Assembly: GCA_951406725.2 (NCBI GenBank)
Contig: OX597816.1
Location: 133,858,001 to 133,922,000, forward strand
From: Octopus vulgaris
Taxonomy: Eukaryota
DNA length: 64,000 bases
Reading direction: 5' to 3'
Both the position numbers and the translations under genes were made by a program. Of the stretch, positions 52,201 to 62,500 are shown in pieces. Below the pieces are notes generated by a model. The model was not told where the DNA came from. It saw only the letters and a program-made list of their open reading frames with translations, and did no database searches. Within the stretch, counting starts at the first letter, position 1. Each line of letters opens with the position of its first letter.

Positions 52201-55200
52201 ATTACGACTTTGGTTTTAGCTAGATTGACTCTGAGGCCCTTCGATTCTAATCCTTGTTTCCACACCTGAAACTTCTCCTCCAGTTCTGATAGCGACTCAG
52301 CAATTAGAGCAAGGTCATCAGCATAGAGGAGCTCCCAAGGGCATCCTGTCTTGAATTCCTCCGTTATTGCCTGGAGGACTATGATAAATAGGAGGGGGCT
52401 GAGTACTGAGCCTTGGTGGACCCCTACCTCTACCCGGAATTCTTCACTGTACTCATTTCCAACCCTCACCCTACTAGCAGCGTCCCTATACATGGCCCGC
52501 ACAGCTCTCACTAACCATTCATCTATCCCTAGTTTCCTCATTGCCCACCAGATAAGGGATCGGGGGACCCTGTCGAAGGCTTTCTCCATGTCAACAAAAG
52601 CCAGGTACAGGGGCTTATCTTTGGCTAGGTATTTCTCCTGCAGCTGCCTTACCAGGAATATAGCATCAGTAGTACTTTTCCCTGGCACGAACCCAAACTG
52701 CATATCATCTAAGCTAACTCTCTCTCTAATTAATTGGGCTATAACCCTCTCCGTAACCTTCATTACCTGGTCCAACAGCTTGATGCCCCTGTAGTTATTT
52801 GTATCTAGGGCGTCACCTTTACCTTTGTAGCAGTTGACTATTATGCTGCTACACCAGTCATTGGGTATGACTCCTTCGTGTATCACCTGGTTAACTATAC
52901 GGGTGACTATGCTATAGCCGACACTACCAGATATTTTGAGCATCTCTGCAGTAATTCCTGATGGGCCTGGGGCTTTCCCTGTCTTCATGCTTCTAATTGC
53001 CTTAGCTACCACGGAACTATCAACTCGGATAGCTGGTCCCTCTGTTGGGTCAACATTCGGCAGATCTGGGATAATAGGTAAGTTAGTGCTTAAACTCAGG
53101 TGGTAAAATAAGGGTTCCAGGTTCAATTGCTGACTCATCAGGAAAATCAGCTGAAGAGTATTACAGAGAATATCACTCAAAACATTGTGTCAGTAACATA
53201 ACCAATATGAGGAAATAGTTTATTAGAAAAAAACAGGCATAGCAATAATCATACATCAAATAAAGCAGAACTATCATGACAAACAACTGTTAAAGTGGGT
53301 GTTGCAATAACAATACTTCAATACATCCACATTTTAGTTAAGTTTCCTGTTTACTTAGTACAGAAAATATTATTATAAAAAGGGAATACACATTTACAAG
53401 ATATATCTTTTATTTGGCAACATGTTGAAAGTTTACTATGAATACTTAGCAAACTTGAGAATAAGGATCTCAAATACAGTAATAATGCATATCATGTGCA
53501 CCTGATTGATCATGGACTAGATCAACTTAATGAATACAGGTAGGTCTAAATTAGAATTTTGAGCCAAAATTCTTAGGGTTGTAATGAAAAAAAAGAGAAA
53601 TCTTATCAACCCTTTGTCAGTCCAAGGCATTCTCATAGGTTTGCCCTAACCGTCTATGCTTGTTTCCAGACTTTTAATTAGCCTTTGTCTCATACATTCT
53701 GAGTAATATAAACCTGAAGTTACTCTAGTGGTTGAGAAAAAATTGGGTATGTGTATCATATATGATGCATGGAGGCAGAGAGTTAAAATTTGAGAGGAAT
53801 CAACAAAATAAGGAGAAAAAGTATAAAACGTTTTACCCATTCTGATGAGAGAGGATTCAGTGTTTCCCTGAAAAAATATAAACACAAAAGATTAGAAGAT
53901 GAAAGGAAATATATGGCATGGTAATCTATTGAAAAAAATAAATGGTTATTATTTATATTCATGGGCAAACTGCAGCTGGTGAGATTTCTGAATGGCTTGC
54001 CTAAATGAAAAATTAATTTTAATTTTTTTAGCAGTCTAGCCTGCCTGATGATGAGCCATGTTTCTTGTAGCCTGATTCTTAAAAAAAGGTTGCCTGTACC
54101 TAGTTTATTATTTAGTAATTAATATACAATCAAATAAAGGCAACGAGCTGGCAGAATCGTTAACATGCTGGGCAAAATGCTTAGCAGTATTTCATCTGTC
54201 TTCATGTTCTGAGTTCAAATTCCACTGAGGTTGACTTTACCTTTCATCCTTTCAGGGTTAATAAAATAAGTACCATTTGAGCATGGGAGTCAAAGTAATC
54301 AACTTATCCCCTCCCCAAAAATTGAAATCGATATACAATCAAATACTTTCTTAGGTAATTATGTAAGTATATTGTATTCCCTACAATATTTTCTTTTTTC
54401 TGATGGATAAAGATCCACTAAAAAAACAAAATAACAATATACTACTGTAATATTAAGCATAGACTGTAGTGATATTAAATCATTGAAGAAAGTGATGGTT
54501 AAGAATGTGGGAAAATAGCTTGAAGCATTTTAAATTCCGCTAAATAATCAAAGAATAATAGAACATTAGTAAATGCCACAATTTATAACTGAATCTAAAT
54601 GAATATGTAATAGAAGGGAATCATTGTGTCTCTATGAAATAGGAACATAAAAGCTGTACATGAATGTCTTGATTACTTACTGATGCAGGAGGAGGTATAA
54701 CATGTCCATTTAATAAGTCCTTAAAATGAGATTCATCCAAGATAATTCGATAGTCTCCTAAATGGAAAAATATTTGTGTCACATGAATTTTGAGATAGTT
54801 AAGAGAGAGACAGAGACAGAATTGTTGATCCTGAATTTTTTGTTTTTCTAGATTGTGATAATATCTGTTCAAATCATTTAAGTTGATGATAAATTGTGTC
54901 GTTTTACTACCATGTATATAGTTTTTAGGATGGCTTTTCCAGCTTAGAAATATTACTATCTTGCTAATGTATGTTGTAATTTATAAAAGATAGTAATAAT
55001 GCAAAGTTTTTCATGAAAAATAGAACTACCAGCAGGTAAATGTATCTAGATTATAATTTTATTTTAATTTTTAGCCATGTGATACGATGTATGAAATGGA
55101 TGATAAATTCAAGTAATTATATAAATATTTGTATCAACCATTGCCAAATAAACTATATCTTTTAGCCAAGTTGTATATTCAGCTTATTTTTTACTGGCAA

Positions 55201-56478
55201 GATTTACCTTTTGTTTCTGCAGTAAGCTTTCTGCAAACTCTCACTTCAGCTGATAATCCAATCACAGAACACCTGATAGAACTTTCTTTAACTGTCTGCA
55301 ATAAATATCAACAGAAAATTTAGAAATAAACATTTTTTTTTATCCTTCTAAGAATAATTCTTATTCTAAAATATTTAAACTCATTCAACAATTAACCTCA
55401 ACTTTTCTCTTTTTATTTACACACCATTTTAATTAGATTATTTCCCAATTTTCTATAAGTGCTACAGTATTTGTTGGACGCTTCTTCATGTATTCATTAT
55501 AAAATGTCAGGACTTAGCTTCCATCAAATACTCTTATAGGTGCTACAATTTTACAGATCACAAAGTTCCAGAGTTAAGTTGGAACTAACAAACATTATTT
55601 AAATTGAAAGGTTCAAAATTTGATTGAAAAAAAAATTCAAAAACAAGAGAAAAATTGGCAATATTTTCTTTACCAAATTGATTTCTTAAATTTGAATAAT
55701 TCAATGTGTTAAGATAATTCAGTAGAAAATGGTCCTATTTTGAAAACATTTTCCTAATTTTTCTATTTGTTACCAGAATCCTTCACAAACAGTATGATTG
55801 AGCCAATATAGCAAGTGTATATTTAAACTGTCAAATTTTACATACAAAGAATAAATGAGCAAAGTAAACCTTGCCTGAAATTGAACCTAGTACATTTGCT
55901 CAACATAATAACCAATAAATTAATCACTATATCAAAGTGATTCTCAGGAGAGAACAATGTGGGTAAGTAGAGGTTGCAAGAGTTTCTAAGGAGAATGAGA
56001 GAGAGGATTGCATTCTACCAAAGTATTACAGAATTAGAATTTTACTAAAAGTAAAATGAATATGAACATACTTTTATTGTATTAAGAATGTCTCCAGGAT
56101 CACATGTGGTTAAACTACCAAAAATGATAAGAATTTCTCTACTGGCATGACTAGGCATCTGTCTGAAAAAGAAAAATAAGAAGAGATATTAACTACTTCC
56201 TAACTTTAGTAAGCCATAAAAACACAAACAAGTTTTATGCATATATCTAATGTATACTTGCGAAAAGGGCAGACGTTATCTCACAAGCAGTTGTGCAGGC
56301 AAAAGTGTGAGTAATATGTGGTCAGATTGACCTGAAAATTTGCACACCTATGTTAAAAGTGCTGGGGAGTTTGCATGGCAACACTGAGTTTGCTCAATCG
56401 AAAAGCGTGGCCTTTAGGGCAAAATTCCCCATCTTTAAAATGTAGCCCAAGTAGTCCCAATGAAATTGAGTTATACTA

Positions 56479-56522
<44 letters not shown>

Positions 56523-59500
56523 TGACTGGCACGTGAAAAAACATTCGAGCGAGGTCATTGCCAGTGCTGCTGGACTGGCTCTTGTGCAGGTAGCATGTAA
56601 AAAACACCATTTGAACGTGTCCGTTGCCAGTATTGCCTGACAGGCCCTCATGCTGGTGGCATGTAAAAGCACCCGCTACACTCTTGGAGTGGTTGGCGTT
56701 AGGAAGGGCATCCAGCTGTAGAAACTCTGCCAGATCAGATTGGAGCCTGGTGCAGCCCTCTGGTTCACCAGTCCTCAGTCAAATTGTCCAACCCATGCTA
56801 GCATGGAAAGCGGACATTAAACGATGATGATGATAAGAAGCAGTATTTATACCAAAAAGCAACATTTATATCCAACTTAAAGTGGCAAACTGGCAGTACT
56901 GTTAGAACACCAGTAAAATGCTTAGCAGCATTTCGTCTGTCTTTATGTTCTGAGTTCAAATGCTACTGGAGTCAGCTTTGCCTTTCATCCTTTCAGGGTC
57001 GATAAAATGTCAGTTGAGTAATTGGGTCAATGTAACTGACTTACTCCCTCCCCACAAATTGCTAGCCTTGTGCCAAAATTTGAGACCAATATCTATAATC
57101 AACTTACACACCTTGCATCCATATGAGAGGTCCTCTTATGGTGAATACAGCAGTATTGAGCATTCTAAAAAATATCCATGTTAAGTTGGATATAAAGATT
57201 GCCTTTTAAGTATTTTCAATTAGACTAACTGAACCAGATAGTATACCTTTCACAAGTATGGGTAACTGCCATTGAACTGTTAGGTTAAGTTACAAGTTCA
57301 AATCCTACCATAAGCATTGCAGTGTGTAAAGGATTTAATTTGCTTCTATCCATCCAATTGAAAACAAATATCACAATTCAGGACTGATTACTTGTGTAGA
57401 ATACATATTCAAAACAATACAAGCTTATATATATATATATATGCATGTAATGTAAACGAGTTGGTAAAAATTAGAATTTAAATATGATAACCAATTGATA
57501 TTTAACCCTTTGGCAATTTAGATTACTGTCAGAGGTCATGCTTATTCAGGTTGTTTTAAATCAACCATGCATTATCTCACAACTCTGAGATTTTAAGGAT
57601 GCAATTGTTTATTTTTAGAATGACATCAAAATCAATCACCACCAATGGAAATTGCAGCCGTGATACCAGTGCCAGTGGTACGTAAGAGAACCATTCGAAC
57701 GTGGCCGTTGCCAGCGCTGCCCCGACTGGCCTCGTGTCGGTGGCATGTGAAAAGCACCATCAGATCGTGGCCGTTGCCAGCCTCGACTGGACACCATGGC
57801 GGTGGCACGTAAAAAGTACCATCCAATCATGGCCGTTTGCCAGCCTCGTCTGGCACCTGTGCCGGTGGCACGTAAAAAGCACCCACTACACTCACGGAGT
57901 GGTTGACGTTAGGAAGGGCATCCAGCCGTAGAAACATTGCCAGATCAGACTGGGCCTGGTGCAGCCTTCTGGCTTCCCAGACCCCAGTTGAACCGTCCAA
58001 CCCATGCTAGCATGGAAAGCAGACGCTAAACGATGATGATGATGATGATAGTAAGGTAGATGTGAGAGGCCAGAGTAGCCTGTTTGAACATAAAGCAGGT
58101 AGAATGTTTATTTGGGCTGGACATGACAGGTTTAAATGCTAAATGGTTAAAAGAAATTTACTCTCTTGATAATTGTGAACACTATTTTAAATAGGAGTCA
58201 TTAAAATATTTTAGATTTACTTTAGTGTTTGTGCTGCCATTTCAATCGAGTTCTGTAGAGAAGGTTCTCCTTGACATGGATTTTTACTAACAGCGACCAG
58301 TGCTGCAACATGACGTCTTGGGTTACCTGAGTGTCAGAACAAATCACATAAAAATGGAAACATTAAATGAAAATGTCACAAAACTTAAACCCTTTAGCAT
58401 TCAGATTATTCTGTAAAATATTTATTGTCTTGAATTAACCATGCATTGTCTTGTAGCTTTACGATTTTTATGATGTGATTGGTAGGTTTGAACATAAAAC
58501 AGGTAGAATATTCAGGCTAGGTATAGCTATTTTAAATGCTAAATGGTTAAAGTTTATTAGCTATATATGAATATATTCAAAAGGTGGAGTTATTTACAAA
58601 TCTTTTTATTATAGTCAACTAGCAGTATCGCCCGGCGTTGCTCGGGCTTGTAAGGGAAATAACTATATAAGCATTTTTAGAGATGTAAAGTATAATAGCC
58701 ATCTCAATATAGCTAACCACAAAGGGGGGGGGTGTTACTGTAGCTTTTTACATTCTGAGATTTAATAATACATTTTTAGAGAGTTACTTTCCTTATATAA
58801 TAGCAAAAAAATGCATTAAAAATGGGAAAAAATTATGGTAATTTTTTTTTTAAATAGTAGACTCATCGTAGACGCACGCTAATACCCAGAAGGGCTTGAT
58901 ATGAATCACGACTATAAGATACCCGCTTTTGGTTACACTGCACCGCAAAATGTGGGAGTAGTTAGGAATCTAAATCGTAGGAGACAGACACACAACTTCA
59001 CTTTTATATATAAAGATGTACATGGAAATGAGGACAATTTTTACATTACATATTAAGAAAATTAACAAAATGACAAAAAACAAAAAAGAAAAGGTGACTC
59101 AACAAGTCAGGTTACTCAATATGAGGATTTTCAACCAATTCATGTAAATATTTTAATATTCAGAATCCATCATGATCAGTAGAGGTAAATTAGTGTAAAA
59201 TGTTAATTAGTTAAAAAATGACGTTGCTTGATTACTGACAATTAATTTAAAAATTCACTATAGTCATCAGTGAATTTTTCTGTGCCTTTAGGCAATGCAC
59301 ATTTTATTCAATTCTCTATATTAAGCAAGTTGAAAATGTGTCATCTCACCATTTCAGTAATAGAAAGAGTGTTTAGCTATAGAATTATTTATGCCAATTC
59401 ATATACAGGGTGGGCCAAAAGTCACATACCAAAACATTTGACATTTTATATATACTACGTTATTATTATTTTTATTATTCATTTAGTTCATCATATATAA

Positions 59501-62500
59501 GTATGTGTGTATTCATCATAATTGTTTTACTTTGTAATTAAATATGAAGTGTTGCTTTTGAAATGTGCAACATATATTAATCTTAGTGTGTGACTTTTGG
59601 CCCATCATGTATATAAAAGTCAACATAAAAAATGGTTTGCAATAATTAATGACATTACTGAGGTTATAATTACAAAACTATCCTCTCTCAAACAAAACAG
59701 CTCAATATTATTCTATATTTTTGAGATGAGGAATTATGTACATTATCTACAATGGATGGATAAATGTCCTCATCTTGTTTGTTGTTATCACAACATTTTG
59801 GCTGATGTACGCTCCAGCATTCAGTAGGTGTTCTGGTGGAATTTTGAACCCAACCCTTTATTTGACAAATGGGGTACACTGTTCTCATTCCTAAGGTACG
59901 TTGTTGATGTGATTTTTCTGTTGACATTATTTTTCAAGTCCCTGCCTGTGATTGAACTTAGTATTCGAGGGTGAGTAGTAATTACAGAGTGACTTTTAGA
60001 ACTTATAAACCTAGTATTCTATCTTTACTTAATACTGGTTCTCATATTACATTCATATCTGCACTAGGCCTGCTTAGGATGTTATTGTGTCCTAGCATAT
60101 GTGCATCCTTTTTTAATTTTCGAATTTTCCAGTGGTGATCTCTGTCGATTATTTTAACTTAAACTCATGATACGAGGTGGTCTCCTTTTTTCCAAACATG
60201 ATCGGTTGGCTATACCAGATTTTTCAGCATCCATTTGTGTCACAGCTTTATGATGTTCCTCTATCCTTACATTAAAGGGGCAACACAGTTTTTTTTGGTC
60301 ATATTCCCACCATCCATACAGTATAAAGAGAGGGACTGCTCAGTGCCTAAAACACTGAGCAAAGTCTATAAGTAGCGATCCTGATACACACCAAGAAGAA
60401 ATGATCAGGCTAAGAAACAATCTGCTATGCAACAACTACCCCAAAACCCATAAACTGAGCACAGTCTGTCTACCTTACTTCAAAGGCCGCTCGGAAAAGA
60501 TACAAAAGATACACAGTCCATATGACATCTGGACAGTATTCAGAATACAACACTTCGCAAATATCTTCTCCGAGTAAAACCACCCATAGAAGAGAATATG
60601 ACCAAAAACTGCATGTACTCTATCCCATGCAGTTGTGGTAAGCTATACAAAGGTGAAACATGCCACCCCCTTAAAGTAAGGGTAGAGAAACATCATAAAG
60701 CTGTGACACAAGGGGGTGTTCAAAAATCAGGTACAGCCAATCATCTATATATATAAAGCTGAGAATGTGTAACTGTCTGTGTGTGTATGTATGTGTGCAT
60801 CACTAAATCTCGAGAACTACACAACAGATTTCGTATATATATATCCTCATCATTATCGTTTAACATCCGCTTTCCATGCTGGCATGGGCTGGACTGTGTG
60901 ATTGAGGGCTGGTGAGCCATATATATATATATATGTATATTATAGCCTCAGGTCAACCAAAGCCTTGTGAGTGGATTTCTTACAGGGAAAATGAAAGAAG
61001 ACTGTTGTATATATGTGTATATTTGTTTGTTTGTGTGTGTGTGTTTGTCTGTGTTTGTACTCACACCATTGCTTGACAACCAATGTTGCTGTGTTTGTTT
61101 CCATAACTTAGCAGTTGGGCAAAAGACACAGATAGAATAAGTACTAGGCTTACATAGAATAAATCCTGTGGTCGATTTTTTTTCAATCAAAGGCGGTGCT
61201 TTAGCATGGCCACAGGTACATGACTAAAACAACTAAAATAAAAAAACTATGCCATCTTAATCTCGAGCAAGGTCGGTATCTCTGCTAATGTATGGTAAAA
61301 CAGAGACCACTTCCTGCTGAGGGATGAAGTTAAAATAATCAATAGAGAACACCCTTGGAAAATACAAAAATTAAAATAAGATGCACATATGCTAGGACAC
61401 AATAACCTCCTAAGCAGACCGAGTGTAGATATGAATGTAATATGGGAACCAGTATTAAGAAAAGATAAAATACTAGGTTTATAAGCCCTAAAAGTCATTC
61501 TATAATTGCCCACAGGCATATAGCATAGTGGATAAGGATGTGGGCTACTAACCCTCGGATACTAAGTTTGATCGCAGGGAGGGACTTGAAAAATAAAATC
61601 AACATATCTAGGAATGAGAACAGTGTACCCCATTAGTCAAATAAAGGGTTGAGTTCAAAATTCCACCAGAACACCTGATGAACAACAATCAAGATGGACA
61701 CCTATCCGTCCACTGTAAATAAAACAGATCAAAATTAGAAATGAAGGCTCATCAACAAACCACCAAGTTCAGTAACTTTTTCAGCTCTTTTCTTTCGTGT
61801 TACAATAATACCAAGCTGACTAATAGGGTTTTGATCAAAGTATTCTTCAATGAAATTTTCAGCAAGCTGAAGAAAAGAAATAAGAAATAATTACTTATTT
61901 TATGAACAAAGAACAGTTATATAAATTAATCAATTTTCAGTTATATAAATTAATCAATTGTATACAAAATAACAAAGCAACAGTTATATTCCTCAGTATT
62001 GAAAAGTCAATTCAGAATTGGTATTTATAGGATGTTTTATAAGCAGGTAACTTGAATCTAAAAAATTAATTAGTGTTTCAAAAGTACAAAACATGTAAGA
62101 GTGATTTTTTAGGTTAAGAGATTTAAATAGAAAGTTGGGCTTTGACAAAAGTATTCAGTCATTCATTCATAAAAGTTCAATATTACTGGAGTAGACAGTA
62201 AACAACTTGGTTGAGCTCAGATGAGGCCTCTAAGCCTCACAGCAGAAGCTGGCTCAATGCAGTGTCACCACTCGCAACTGACACTCAGCTTCATAATGAC
62301 TGTCTATGCAATGGTAATACCCTGAGGCTTGGCCTCCAGTTAACAATAGACTTAAATCTTTTTGTTTCTATATTTTCATGGCTTTGTCTGAAAGAGGATC
62401 TATGCCCACAATCTTCACAAGTCCTCTGTGACTGATAAGATCAAAGCAGGTCATATTCAATTCGAACACCTTAGGTCAATGCCAGCAGGAACTGCATTGG

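Noticed and set aside
51976-52794. Plus-strand ORFs of 97 and 147 aa
   Set aside because: Antisense shadows of the RT frame.
53065-53180. N-terminal 39 aa of the 603-aa ORF
   Set aside because: Intronic flank read in frame by chance from a non-ATG start; LINE similarity starts near [10 protein letters not shown].
61914-61960. 24-bp tandem duplication upstream of a GTF2H2 acceptor
   Set aside because: Ordinary slippage duplication with no evidence of function.
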